Positions 1 to 9,754 of a DNA stretch of 64,000 nucleotides are shown here, in pieces. Source of the stretch: Candidatus Kaelpia aquatica (GTDB lineage: Bacteria > Omnitrophota > Gorgyraeia > Kaelpiales > Kaelpiaceae); the NCBI GenBank assembly GCA_030765335.1, contig JAVCCU010000009.1, forward strand, positions 5,559 through 69,558. The letters run 5' to 3'. The position numbers were made by a program, and so were the translations under genes. The notes under the pieces are model-generated. The model was not told where the DNA came from. It worked only from the letters and a program-made list of their open reading frames with translations, and searched no databases. Positions within the stretch are counted from its first letter, which is position 1, and each line of letters opens with the position of its first letter.

Positions 1-486
1 CCCGCCTGATAAGACAATAGGTACTCCAAAGCTTCTTGCATCTTTGGCTATCTCCCAATTAAAACTTTCGCCTGTTCCTCCAGCAGCTTTCTCACTAAAA
101 GTGTCAAGCAGTATTGCATCTACAGCATTTTTATATTTCGGGATCTCTTTTAAAACAGCTCTGTTTTTTACTTTTAATGTCTTTATCACCCTGTATTTAT
201 CTTTAACTTGAGAACAGAAGAGGCTATCTTCTTCACCGTGCAGCTGAATGATGTCCAGCTTGCATTTAGCAGCTGTACTCTCTAACTCAGATATTTCCGG
301 ATTCATAAACACGCCTACTTTCATAATAAAAGGAGAAAGAATATTTGTAATCTCAGCCGCCTTATCAGGGCTAATATAGCGAGGGGTATCTTTTACAAAA
401 ATAAAACCTAAAGCATGTATTCCAAGCCTAGAGGCGGCCAATGCATCAGAGCCTCTTCTTATTCCGCAAAACTTAACCCTTACCAT
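1..486 (-). CDS. trpF: phosphoribosylanthranilate isomerase TrpF (3' end beyond window edge)
   Basis: Minus-strand translation from the ATG at 484-486 gives MVRVKFCGIRRGSDALAASRLGIHALGFIF...VLSGG, a typical TrpF N-terminus. It overlaps the trpC stop by 14 bp. The ORF runs off the window at coordinate 1. Confidence 0.8.
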   Translation of the reverse strand, partial: MVRVKFCGIRRGSDALAASRLGIHALGFIFVKDTPRYISPDKAAEITNILSPFIMKVGVFMNPEISELESTAAKCKLDIIQLHGEEDSLFCSQVKDKYRVIKTLKVKNRAVLKEIPKYKNAVDAILLDTFSEKAAGGTGESFNWEIAKDARSFGVPIVLSGG

Positions 487-1270
487 AACCCAGCAACTCC
501 CTAATATACTTTGCTCTGTCATCGACCTTTAAAATTGATTCTCCAATTAAAAAACCGTCTACCCCAAGACTCTTAAGATAAAGAATATCGCTATGGCTCT
601 TGATACCGCTCGCAGAGATTTTAAATACCTCTTTCGGTATCCACCCAATAAGCTCCTCTGAGCTGGCAAAACTAACTGCTAGACTCTCTAAGTCTCTGTT
701 ATTGACGCCAATAATATCCGGATTTAAACCCATAACTTTATCTAAATCTGAAACATCATGAACCTCAAAAAGCACGTCTAACCCCAAACTCTTAGCTATG
801 TCCGAGAACCTGCTTAACTCCCCAGGTTCTAAAATCCTAGCAATCAATAATATTGCATCTGCCATAAAATATTTACTCTCATAGACTTGATACTCGTCTA
901 TTATAAAATCTTTTCTCAGAACAGGAAGGTTTATACTCTCTTTAATCAGCTTTAAATCCCAGAGAGAACCCTTAAAAAACTTCTCTTCACTCAGTACCGA
1001 AATACAGCTTACCCCGTTCATGCGGTAGAGTTTAGCCAGTTCAAGTATATCGGCATCAGAGCTTAAAATATCACCCGCTGAAGGAGAAGATCTTTTAATC
1101 TCAGCGATAATTTTAATCCCTGGGTCATCATTTTTAAGAGCTTTGAGAAAACGACTGCTAGAGGTAGCTTTATTCTCCACCTCTTCTCTCAGTTCAGCCA
1201 ACGGCAGTCTTTTTTTAGATTCTCTTATCTGCTCTTTTTTAGCTAATAATATTTCATTCAGTAGAGACAT
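473..1270 (-). CDS. trpC: indole-3-glycerol phosphate synthase TrpC
   Basis: 265 aa. IGPS-like motifs (IIAEIKRSSPSAG, LRKDFIIDEYQ, GVNNRDL). Sits between trpD and trpF. Confidence 0.9.
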   Translation of the reverse strand: MSLLNEILLAKKEQIRESKKRLPLAELREEVENKATSSSRFLKALKNDDPGIKIIAEIKRSSPSAGDILSSDADILELAKLYRMNGVSCISVLSEEKFFKGSLWDLKLIKESINLPVLRKDFIIDEYQVYESKYFMADAILLIARILEPGELSRFSDIAKSLGLDVLFEVHDVSDLDKVMGLNPDIIGVNNRDLESLAVSFASSEELIGWIPKEVFKISASGIKSHSDILYLKSLGVDGFLIGESILKVDDRAKYIRELLGYGKG

Positions 1271-2282
1271 TTCTGTAATAATCCTTTAATTGGTTTAATT
1301 TTTCTAAAACTTTCTTGCCCAGAAGCAGATCTTTTGCTTTTTTAAATCCTTCAATACTATCAGCAGCCTCTTCCAGCACATAGAGGGCCCATCCGGTATT
1401 TAATGCTACTATATCTAACTCTGGAGAATCCTCTCCACTTATAACCTTCCTTGCCTTGCTCAAGGATTCCTCTAAACTACTGACCTTAAGAACTTCTAAA
1501 TCTGCCTTTTTAATCCCGTACCTTGATGGCTCAATAGATGATACCCCCTCTGAAATATCCCCCTTTTTTAATTGAGAATAATCACTATTTGCTGAAATTG
1601 ATATCTCATCCATTCCATCTTGAGCATGAAAAACAAGCGCTCCCCTTAAGCCTAAGGTCTTAAGTGCTTTAATTACAATTGAGATCAGATCCTTACTGTA
1701 TACTCCCAATATTTGATATTTTGGCTTTGCAGGGTTTGCCAGCGGGCCCAGGATATTAAATATCGTACGAATGCCAAGCTCTTTTCTAACTGGCATAGCA
1801 AATTTCATGGCAGGATGAAAGTAAGGCGCAAAAATATAGCCGAATCCTACCTCTTCTATGCCTCGCTCTATAATATTCTTATCTTTAAGGAGCGGGATAC
1901 CTAGAGCCTCTATTAAATCAGCGCTACCGCAAGAGCTGGAGACAGAACGGTTGCCATGCTTTGCAACTGCTACGCCATAAGCTGAGATCGTAAGTGAAAC
2001 CAGGGTTGAAATATTAAAAGTCTGTAAATTGTCCCCTCCTGTACCGCAAGTATCAATAAGCTTCTCTACCTTAGGGTTAAGCTGGACTGCCTTCTCTCTC
2101 ATAACAGAAGCAGCAGAGGATATCTCTAGGTCAGTTTCACCCTTCATTTTTAAGGTTGTTAAAAACGCAGCAATCTGCACAGCAGATGCCTCTCCCTCCA
2201 TAATCTCACGCAGCACAGCTTCTGTCTGCTTATCGTCCAGATTCTCTCTCTCTGATAGCAATTTTATAGCTTCTTTTATCAT
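1254..2282 (-). CDS. trpD: anthranilate phosphoribosyltransferase TrpD
   Basis: 342 aa. Contains the DTCGTGGD motif and the ...AKHGNRSVSS region typical of TrpD. Confidence 0.9.
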   Translation of the reverse strand: MIKEAIKLLSERENLDDKQTEAVLREIMEGEASAVQIAAFLTTLKMKGETDLEISSAASVMREKAVQLNPKVEKLIDTCGTGGDNLQTFNISTLVSLTISAYGVAVAKHGNRSVSSSCGSADLIEALGIPLLKDKNIIERGIEEVGFGYIFAPYFHPAMKFAMPVRKELGIRTIFNILGPLANPAKPKYQILGVYSKDLISIVIKALKTLGLRGALVFHAQDGMDEISISANSDYSQLKKGDISEGVSSIEPSRYGIKKADLEVLKVSSLEESLSKARKVISGEDSPELDIVALNTGWALYVLEEAADSIEGFKKAKDLLLGKKVLEKLNQLKDYYRNVSTE

Positions 2283-2346
2283 AGCTTCTAATTATATTAT
2301 ATATATTATTTCAATACAAGATGAATGCTAAAATCCTATGGTTAGG

Positions 2347-2667
2347 TTACTTATCAACCAAGGACCTATCTAACCAGTCAAGATAATCCTGACTTGAGGA
2401 AACAATGGCGGTAGCTATTATTTCAGGCAGTTCATAAGAATGAACCTCTTTAATAGCTTTTTCTAACTTCTTAAAGAGAGAGCTCTTTGTCTTAATGATG
2501 CAAAGATACTCTTTAGACTGTTCTATCTTGCCCTTAAAACGATAACTGCTTTTGATAGGCCCAACTATTTGAATACATCCAGCCAGTCTTTTGCTAAGCA
2601 ACATCTTGGCTATCTTCTCCGCGTTACCCTTAACAGTTGTAGTGTAAACCTGAATATAGTCTTCCAT
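2347..2667 (-). CDS. cutA: divalent-cation tolerance protein CutA
   Basis: 106 aa, the usual CutA1 size, with the characteristic N-terminal pattern (VYTTT...AEKIAK.LL.KRLAGC.Q). Confidence 0.7.
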   Translation of the reverse strand: MEDYIQVYTTTVKGNAEKIAKMLLSKRLAGCIQIVGPIKSSYRFKGKIEQSKEYLCIIKTKSSLFKKLEKAIKEVHSYELPEIIATAIVSSSQDYLDWLDRSLVDK

Positions 2668-4137
2668 TTATGCTGCCATCATTTTTAATTTATCAACTAT
2701 ATCTATCATACCTTTGGTATCTAAGCCACAGTATTCTTCTAATGCTGCATAAAGCTTGTCTCGTTCTCTAGTATCTAGGCTATCTTTTAGCGTAGCATTA
2801 AAGTACTTAATGCTTGCAACTGCACCATTGGAGATATCTAGATCCTGATAACCTTTACCGGTAATCGCAGGAAGAACGCTCTTAAGCGAGTTGCTTCCCT
2901 GCTGTGCTGGGTTGTAGTAGTGATAATTCTTAAACGGTTCATAGAGATCCAAGAAGTTCTCTTCAATACAATTAAACCAGCTTCTATATTCCGGATAAGC
3001 CTCAGTAGCTTTATTGAGCACCCTTTTCTCAAAGATTGCAAAATAAGCTACTATTGACCCTTCTGCTGTAATAATCTTACTCAAGTTTTGAAGTATCTCT
3101 TTACGGGGGTCTTTCTTAGACTTAGAGAGATAATCAAAGAGCTCAGGCTTGCTATTCTCATCTTTTAAAAGATAGAGTACATACTGAAATGGTATATCTT
3201 CATAAGACCTAGAGTTATCATAGATAGGAACCGCAGATTTTATTGTTTCAAAATCAAGAAAGTACGCAGGGTATTTCAAGCTGCCTAAAAAATCAGATAG
3301 AGCGTTCTTATCTACGTGGACACTGTTATCTATATGACTTTTAAGTTGGATTTTTTGCTTATCGTTTAATATCTCTTCATCATCTATATCTTTAAGCTCC
3401 AAAATTCCTCTTTCAAGAAGTTCAAACCCAAGAGTTCTACCTCTGTTAAAGATAAACACATTGTTTTTAGATGGGATAAACTTCCAGCAAAAACCTTTAA
3501 GGCTGCATTCATATGGCGCAAAGCACTGCGGACCTATCTTGATATCAGGCATGCTGCTCTTTGATGCCAATGCAATCATATCCTCTACCCTGCTCTTAAT
3601 ATCAGATAGAGATATCTTGTCTATCTCTTCCGTTACATCCTCAGAGAGCATGAACTTGTAAGGGTCTATCTCTCCCTGTTTTATAAAATCAGGATTGATA
3701 TGCATTATATATGCCTTTCTGATCTTAAGACCCTTCTTAATAAGGCAATATCTCTGAAAAGCAACGTCTTCATAATGTTCATCTTTGACCTTCATGGAGC
3801 TCTTAACCTCTATGATATCCCAACTATCATCTTCGACTGGATTAAGAATATCTATTCTAGAATAGATATTATCAACCATTATCCCGGCTTCAAATATAGT
3901 TTGACGCTTCTTTATTGACTGTTGAGTGCGGTTGATATTTAAACTGAAATTAGAGTCACTCAAGTCTACGCCTTCGGGATATATTCTCTTTGCTACATCG
4001 CCCACCTCTTTACCTTGGTCAAATCTGAATTGAAGCTCAAGTTCAACAGCAGGTATCTCTTTAGGCATATGCTCTTTGACCCAAAGGTATTTAGGGCATT
4101 GTAAACCTGAGATATATTTTGATTTGGTAATCAACAT
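2668..4137 (-). CDS. DUF2779-family protein (predicted RecB/Cas4-like PD-(D/E)XK nuclease with Cys cluster)
   Basis: 489 aa. N-terminus ISKSKYISGLQCPKYLWV matches the hallmark start of DUF2779 proteins. C-terminal region has a Cys cluster (GPQCFAPYECSLKGFCW) like the Cas4/AddB Fe-S nuclease module. Confidence 0.5.
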   Translation of the reverse strand: MLITKSKYISGLQCPKYLWVKEHMPKEIPAVELELQFRFDQGKEVGDVAKRIYPEGVDLSDSNFSLNINRTQQSIKKRQTIFEAGIMVDNIYSRIDILNPVEDDSWDIIEVKSSMKVKDEHYEDVAFQRYCLIKKGLKIRKAYIMHINPDFIKQGEIDPYKFMLSEDVTEEIDKISLSDIKSRVEDMIALASKSSMPDIKIGPQCFAPYECSLKGFCWKFIPSKNNVFIFNRGRTLGFELLERGILELKDIDDEEILNDKQKIQLKSHIDNSVHVDKNALSDFLGSLKYPAYFLDFETIKSAVPIYDNSRSYEDIPFQYVLYLLKDENSKPELFDYLSKSKKDPRKEILQNLSKIITAEGSIVAYFAIFEKRVLNKATEAYPEYRSWFNCIEENFLDLYEPFKNYHYYNPAQQGSNSLKSVLPAITGKGYQDLDISNGAVASIKYFNATLKDSLDTRERDKLYAALEEYCGLDTKGMIDIVDKLKMMAA

Positions 4138-4190
4138 CTTAGATGTGAAAAACTAAAAAATGTTTTAGATTTGAGTATCTCTTAACCCAA

Positions 4191-4430
4191 TTAATCCATA
4201 GACTGGAGCGCTTCCTGCATTAAGGGCAGTATGTTCTCCAGTTCCTCTTTGGTTAAACGGCCCATCTTGGCATATCTAAATTCGCCTTGACTGGACATGT
4301 TTTCACGAGCAATCTGAAGCTTCTTTACACCTTTGTTGTAAGAATAGACGCTTACTGTCAAACGCTCTAACTCAGATTCCCAAGTTTTTGAAAAAAGACG
4401 CTCATCTAAATTCGGGTCATATCCTGGCAT
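4191..4430 (-). CDS. hypothetical small protein (79 aa)
   Basis: ORF with a plausible ATG start. No recognisable motif. Confidence 0.3.
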   Translation of the reverse strand: MPGYDPNLDERLFSKTWESELERLTVSVYSYNKGVKKLQIARENMSSQGEFRYAKMGRLTKEELENILPLMQEALQSMD

Positions 4431-4496
4431 TTCATACCTCCTTTATGTTTATAATACTGATATTAATATTAATATTAATATATTCGGCTTAAGAGT

Positions 4497-5501
4497 TCAA
4501 GTTTTATTATTAGGAGGAGCCATAAACTCAGCTCCTATAGGATTAGGGATACACTCCTTAACTATTCTTTCAATGGCTAATCTTACCTCTTGATCTAATT
4601 TCCAACCCATCACTTCATTCACTATCTCAAGCTGTTCTGGCTTTCTTGCACCCCAAAGAGCTATGTCAACACCCTTATGATCAAGTACCCACTTAACAGC
4701 AATGGACAACACACCTTTGTCATATCTTTCCTGAGTTAGATCATCAAGCTCATTAACCGCCTCAAGATAATTCTCATAGTGAGGCTTCAGAAACTTAGGG
4801 TCAATCTTTCTTATATCATCTCCTTGAAACTCCGTATCTATCTTAATCTTGCCGCTCAATAACCCCCTGCAAATGGTACCATAGGTAAGAGTTGTAACAC
4901 CATGAGTATGGCAATAAGGTAAGACATCCAATGCGGCAGATTGCTCAAACAAATTAAAAGGCGGCTGAGAAGTATGCAAAGGAGCATACTCTCTAAACTT
5001 ATCCATTTGAAGAGGACTATAGTTACTCACGCCTATAGCTCTTATCTTCTTGCTGTTATAAAGCTCAAGCATTGCTTCTGCACTCTCTCCTATAGGAGTA
5101 TCTTTATCCGGCCAATGTATTTGATATATATCTATATAATCTGTATTAAGCCTCTTTAGTGAATCGTCTAATTCTTTTAATATTCTTCTCTTAGATGAGT
5201 CTCTCTTAACATTATTCTCATCCCAATCAAGCCCAGCCTTAGTCGCAATCACCACATCTTCACGCCTGCCATATATTGAAATAGCTTTCCCTATTAACTC
5301 TTCAGATTTTCCATGTCCATAGATGGGGGCGGTATCGATGAGGTTTATACCGCGCTCCAGTGCTGCTAAGATTGTATTTATTGCATCATGTTCTTCTGTG
5401 CCGCCCCAAAGCCAACCGCCTATTGCCCAACTCCCCAAACCTATTCTAGAGACAGGTTTAATATCTGTATCTTTGATTTGAATATAATCCATGTTAAGCA
5501 A
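4497..5501 (-). CDS. aldo/keto reductase family oxidoreductase
   Basis: 334 aa. AKR signatures GLGSWAIGG, IDTAPIYGHGKSEELIGKA and IGVSNYS. Confidence 0.85.
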   Translation of the reverse strand: MLNMDYIQIKDTDIKPVSRIGLGSWAIGGWLWGGTEEHDAINTILAALERGINLIDTAPIYGHGKSEELIGKAISIYGRREDVVIATKAGLDWDENNVKRDSSKRRILKELDDSLKRLNTDYIDIYQIHWPDKDTPIGESAEAMLELYNSKKIRAIGVSNYSPLQMDKFREYAPLHTSQPPFNLFEQSAALDVLPYCHTHGVTTLTYGTICRGLLSGKIKIDTEFQGDDIRKIDPKFLKPHYENYLEAVNELDDLTQERYDKGVLSIAVKWVLDHKGVDIALWGARKPEQLEIVNEVMGWKLDQEVRLAIERIVKECIPNPIGAEFMAPPNNKT

Positions 5502-5549
5502 TATTATACAAAGAAATTAAAACAAGTAAAAGACTTAAGGAGCATTGGT

Positions 5550-5570
5550 CACTTGAGCCACAGTCAAGTG
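5550..5570 (-). terminator. possible hairpin terminator downstream of the 676-aa gene
   Basis: Perfect 7-bp inverted repeat CACTTGA-gccacag-TCAAGTG sits 54 nt after the minus-strand stop at 5624. Only a weak U-tract follows on the minus strand. Confidence 0.25.
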
Positions 5571-5623
5571 CTCTAGGCTATTCTCACTGTGCCTGGAAGG
5601 CAAGTTTTTAACAGCTGCAAGCT

Positions 5624-7654
5624 TTATTCTAAAGAGCTTTCTTCTTGAGACTGTAAAGAAAATGACCTTATAACATCTTCTACCTTTCGCTCTAATCCTC
5701 TCTCGATAAAACCAGGGATGGATTCGCGAAGTCTAGCCTTGAACTCAGACTCAAGCCATTTAAAATTGACTGCATCTTTAAGTCCAGAGAGTTGAAAGTC
5801 AAACTCTAGATAATCAAGTTCATCTCCCAAGATCTTAAGAAGCGGTCTAAATTTAGCTGACTCTGCAATGACAGATTTAGAGAGCGAGAGCCTAACTTTA
5901 CTAGATAAAAGATCATCAGAATTGATCTTAAAATAACCCTTTATTCTCACGTCTTCTGAATCAAGATTCATCTCTTTAAAATCAATTGAATTTTTAGTTA
6001 TACTCATAGATGAATTAATGCTGTTAAACTCTATATCTCTTATTGAAGAGATTACAAAGAAATCTGACAACCAGATGAGGAAATCTAAATCCTCCGTTCT
6101 ACCATCTTTTATTACCATATTACCTTCTAATTGTGATTCTGGATAATTACTATAATTGAAATTTCCGCTTAGTTTTCCAAAGATATTCGGAAAAAACAGG
6201 AAATCAAACCTATTTGAATCTATATCAGTAGGATTAAAATTGATATTGAATCTTAAGGGCAACTCTTCAATAGCCATAAATCCCTCTCCGTTAATAGTAC
6301 CTCCAAAAAGATTGGATGAAAAATTGAAATGCTTCGCCTCTTTTGCATTATCTATAGCAATAATCATATCATCCAAACGGAGATTGTAATCCTGATCCGT
6401 CTTATAAGATATATCTAAATAATCGCTTTTAATTTGAGGATTTCCGTTTTGATCCGAACAACGGTTTAACCCCTTAAACTCCACCACAACACTCTCTCTT
6501 TTATCGTCTTTAGGGTCTTCTCTTATAAAATCAATACTACAATCTCCATTAATACCATTCACAGCTAAAGACGCAGTTAACTTCAAGTCTAAAGCCTTAG
6601 AATTGTTCACTCTACCAGCAGGCATCTGGTCAGGATAACTACGGAAATTAAAATCAAAAGAAGGTGGTTCTATCAACATTATATTACCATAAACAACTGA
6701 AGGAACATCGTTTAAGTTAAAAGTTGCTTTCTTAACCTGGATTAAAGGATAGGATATATCCATCAAGAGATCTATATTCTGAATATTAAGGCTAGACTTA
6801 GAAGAACCTACTATACGCATATAGGGTTTGCTTCTAAAAATAAGAGTCTTTAGCTTTATAAACAAATCTGTATAATCAGGATGGGTTTCAAGAAAATCTC
6901 CGGCAGTCATATAACCATTAAGATGGAGACTATTATCTAAAAACTCTCCCTGCAGTTTTAAGTAAAGGTTGTCTTTTTTAAGATTTAAATTCTCCACCAA
7001 AAAACCATTCTGAGTTAAAGAACCTTTTAAACCATAGCTCAATACTTCAGGATGAGATATCAGCTTACCTCCTTCATGAGAATAAACCTTTAAAAAACCA
7101 ACAGAACCATTATTAGAAAAAGACATTCCATTAAACTTTAAAGAGCTGTCCAGGATTATACGTCTTTGGATTCCATCTTTACCAGGCATAATAATTGCAG
7201 CATTCTCTATACTGCATAGTGCAGGGCTCTGACTAAAAAATAATCTTAGTAATTTTGCGATGTCATGAATCTGGTCTTCTCTTATCTTGCCTCCTCCATA
7301 ATAGTACACTTTAGACTCTTTTATTTTAATATTTTGAGGAATGATTTTATTTTTAAACAAAGCCTTCTTAATAGAGAAAGAGATTTTTAGCTGGTCTATA
7401 TACTCTAGATGTAGAGATTTAGAGAGACCTAGAAACTCAACTCTATTTAAAACCAAGCTTGCAGGAGGCAAATAATATATTGAACCCAATTTTAAGTCCT
7501 CGCCAATATAATTGGCTAGCCTTAAAGTAATATTACCCAACGAAGACTGAAAGTATATATTCAGAGAAACTACCGCAATGGCTGTTAAAAAAATTAGCAC
7601 GCCGATTAGAAGGAAGGAAGGCCTAATAATATATTTCTGAAAATAATTTTTCAT
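5624..7654 (-). CDS. AsmA-like membrane-anchored protein (hypothetical)
   Basis: 676 aa. Single N-terminal TM helix, then a long soluble region. The N-terminal segment pattern (LKLGSIYYLPPASLVLNRVEF) resembles the AsmA N-domain. Overlaps the upstream TPR gene by 32 bp. Confidence 0.45.
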   Translation of the reverse strand: MKNYFQKYIIRPSFLLIGVLIFLTAIAVVSLNIYFQSSLGNITLRLANYIGEDLKLGSIYYLPPASLVLNRVEFLGLSKSLHLEYIDQLKISFSIKKALFKNKIIPQNIKIKESKVYYYGGGKIREDQIHDIAKLLRLFFSQSPALCSIENAAIIMPGKDGIQRRIILDSSLKFNGMSFSNNGSVGFLKVYSHEGGKLISHPEVLSYGLKGSLTQNGFLVENLNLKKDNLYLKLQGEFLDNSLHLNGYMTAGDFLETHPDYTDLFIKLKTLIFRSKPYMRIVGSSKSSLNIQNIDLLMDISYPLIQVKKATFNLNDVPSVVYGNIMLIEPPSFDFNFRSYPDQMPAGRVNNSKALDLKLTASLAVNGINGDCSIDFIREDPKDDKRESVVVEFKGLNRCSDQNGNPQIKSDYLDISYKTDQDYNLRLDDMIIAIDNAKEAKHFNFSSNLFGGTINGEGFMAIEELPLRFNINFNPTDIDSNRFDFLFFPNIFGKLSGNFNYSNYPESQLEGNMVIKDGRTEDLDFLIWLSDFFVISSIRDIEFNSINSSMSITKNSIDFKEMNLDSEDVRIKGYFKINSDDLLSSKVRLSLSKSVIAESAKFRPLLKILGDELDYLEFDFQLSGLKDAVNFKWLESEFKARLRESIPGFIERGLERKVEDVIRSFSLQSQEESSLE

Positions 7655-8165
7655 CTATAAAAAATTCAATTTTATCTATGTAGTAGACTGCTTTATACTC
7701 TTTCTCTAAAACAGAGACATAGCTATACTCTTTGAAATCTCTAAATAAGAGGCTTAGCTGCTTAGAAGTAACTATCTCTTTCTTGAGTTTATTTACTTCA
7801 TCTGAATCACCCCTCTTCTTGGTTATCTCCACAAGATATGCTTTTATGAATATTTTTGCTTTTGATTCCGAATTTATCTTCAAAATTTCGTTAAAGTTTT
7901 TTAAAGCATCATGATAAGCTTCAATATTGTAATAATATTCTCCAAGAGCAAAAAGCGAAGACTCATAATGTTTAGATTCCGGATACAAGGCAACCAAAAA
8001 GTGTAAGTCTGAAAAAGCAAAGTCTAACCACCCTTTTTTTATGGACTGCTTTGCGCGCATAAACACATCGTCTGCATTATCTGCAAAAACCTGTCCTAAA
8101 AACAGGAGGAAAAATAAAGTCAATAAATATAAGAAAGTGTTTCTTTTTTTTAAGAGATTGCTCAT
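7623..8165 (-). CDS. secreted TPR-like repeat protein
   Basis: 180 aa. Signal peptide, then TPR-like helical repeats (ALGEYYYNIEAYHDALKNFNEILK). Confidence 0.5.
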   Translation of the reverse strand: MSNLLKKRNTFLYLLTLFFLLFLGQVFADNADDVFMRAKQSIKKGWLDFAFSDLHFLVALYPESKHYESSLFALGEYYYNIEAYHDALKNFNEILKINSESKAKIFIKAYLVEITKKRGDSDEVNKLKKEIVTSKQLSLLFRDFKEYSYVSVLEKEYKAVYYIDKIEFFIDEKLFSEIYY

Positions 8166-8313
8166 TTAAATATACTATCAAAATAACAACTGAAATTGCA
8201 ACAGCCTCAAAAGAGCAAGGCTTAAAATTTAATCGACTATTAAGTCAGGATTAAGAAACCTAGAGATATCATCGGAAATTGCCTCACCATATCTAATCAG
8301 ATAAAGCCTCATG

Positions 8314-9132
8314 CTACTCTCCAAGATTGAAGATACTCTTTATTGCTTGACCTGCTTTCTCTGTTATATCTTTTGCGCTACCACCCAGTGTCTCACCAAT
8401 TCCAACCCCCTGCTTTACACCGCCCTCAAGCTCTCCTATTGTCATATTGAGCGTATTAGCAGTTAAACCTTGGAGGTTCTTGATTTTAAAACTGGCGATA
8501 TTTGTATTGATAAGAGCTCTTACTAGAATTAATCTGGCTAATGCCTGCGGATCTGTTATATTATCGTAACTTTCATCAATATTAAGATTATACTCTTTAA
8601 TGGATGGCTTCGATCCAGAGAAATAATCCTTATATACCACTCGTCCAATCTTTAGCTTAAGGTGATCAATTCTAAACCTTGTCTTCTTCTTTTCTCCAGG
8701 CCCATCTTCTTTTACTACAACCTGTTCTTCTTCTGCCGATTTAACAACTTTAAGAGAATCAAAATTTAACCCGCCATCTTTTGTTTTGACAATAATCATT
8801 TCACGTAAATTTATTCTCACCTCTTTAAGATGGATATCGTTTTTCAATATCGCAGCCAGATTATAATCAACATAAATCTCAGGCATATCAACCATAATCT
8901 TATCTACATATCCTGGAGGATTATAAAGCTGCATACCCTCTATGCTTATAATGGTCTCTGGAATACCTACGTTTAAATTTGCAATATCTAACTTTAAGCC
9001 AGTTATCTTCTTTACTCCAGTTGAAACAGCAAGTTTTACTATCCGATTTCTAAATATAAACACAGCTCCAATTAAGACCACAACTAAAATACAGATAACA
9101 ACTAGTGCTTTAAATAACTTTGCCATATCCAA
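8314..9132 (-). CDS. membrane-anchored hypothetical protein (AsmA/DUF748-like N-terminus)
   Basis: 272 aa. N-terminal TM helix. The pattern LKLDIANLNVGIPETIISIEGMQLYNPPGY resembles AsmA-family N-domains. Confidence 0.4.
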   Translation of the reverse strand: MDMAKLFKALVVICILVVVLIGAVFIFRNRIVKLAVSTGVKKITGLKLDIANLNVGIPETIISIEGMQLYNPPGYVDKIMVDMPEIYVDYNLAAILKNDIHLKEVRINLREMIIVKTKDGGLNFDSLKVVKSAEEEQVVVKEDGPGEKKKTRFRIDHLKLKIGRVVYKDYFSGSKPSIKEYNLNIDESYDNITDPQALARLILVRALINTNIASFKIKNLQGLTANTLNMTIGELEGGVKQGVGIGETLGGSAKDITEKAGQAIKSIFNLGE

Positions 9133-9263
9133 CCTCCTTTTATCAATTTGTAGATTATATTGTATCTAAAGATAGTTTATCAAGCAATAGAAATGACCAA
9201 TAAAAGGTTGACTAAGTTTAACTATATAGAGTATGTTGAAACAATAACCTTAAAGGAGGAGCC

Positions 9264-9680
9264 ATGTATAGAATATCAAGCTATCTATGTATTACCTTTT
9301 TATTGTTATTAAATTTATCTTGCTCCAAAACAGAATCCGAATGGGGAAAATCTATTAAATACAAAGGGAGTGATCTTTACTACACATCGAAAGTAACTGA
9401 AAGTGAAACCAAGGAACTGGGAGACTATTTGCTTGAGGCAGGATTTTTCCAAGAAGAATCTAAAAGTAGCTCGCAGATAACAAAAGATAATGGCAAATAC
9501 CAATTCCGCATAGTTGTTAAAAAAGAGTCTCTTAACGACGAGGATTTTATTAAAAATGCTGCGATGTTTGCTGCTACTATATCAAAAGGTGTTTTTAATG
9601 ACAACCAGGTTGAAATTCACATCTGCGATAAAAGCTTTAAGACCGTTAATGTCGCTACCTATGTCTATAGCGATAATTAA
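9264..9680 (+). CDS. hypothetical lipoprotein
   Basis: 138 aa. Signal peptide with lipobox (LLLNLSC). One of only two plus-strand genes. SD AAAGGAGGAG lies 5 nt upstream of the ATG. Confidence 0.5.
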   Translation: MYRISSYLCITFLLLLNLSCSKTESEWGKSIKYKGSDLYYTSKVTESETKELGDYLLEAGFFQEESKSSSQITKDNGKYQFRIVVKKESLNDEDFIKNAAMFAATISKGVFNDNQVEIHICDKSFKTVNVATYVYSDN

Positions 9681-9754
9681 TTATTACTAACTTCTACAAT
9701 TTGCATAAGTTTTACTGTATCCCATTTTGTAGAAAATACATCAATATTGTAGCT

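Noticed and set aside
1713-2331. Plus-strand ORFs 1713..1904 and 2029..2331 antisense to trpD
   Set aside because: Embedded in the opposite strand of a well-supported gene, low-complexity products, no start context; typical shadow ORFs. The same applies to all other short plus-strand ORFs inside minus-strand genes (e.g. 3461..3661, 4941..5159, 6156..6389, 15994..16296, 17086..17522, 18166..18480, 19221..19517, 30137..30656, 31654..32278, 34812..35027, 35709..35933, 37185..37499, 43737..43919, 44137..44811, 48931..49122, 51915..52097, 53241..53453, 54567..54803, 56333..56536, 61433..61885).
2838-3041. 67-aa minus-strand ORF inside the DUF2779 gene in another frame
   Set aside because: Same-strand out-of-frame overlap with a longer, motif-supported ORF.
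4455-4490. Possible CRISPR-like or IS-terminal repeat
   Set aside because: Only a 6-nt unit repeated 3-4 times. No spacers and no flanking inverted repeats or transposase.
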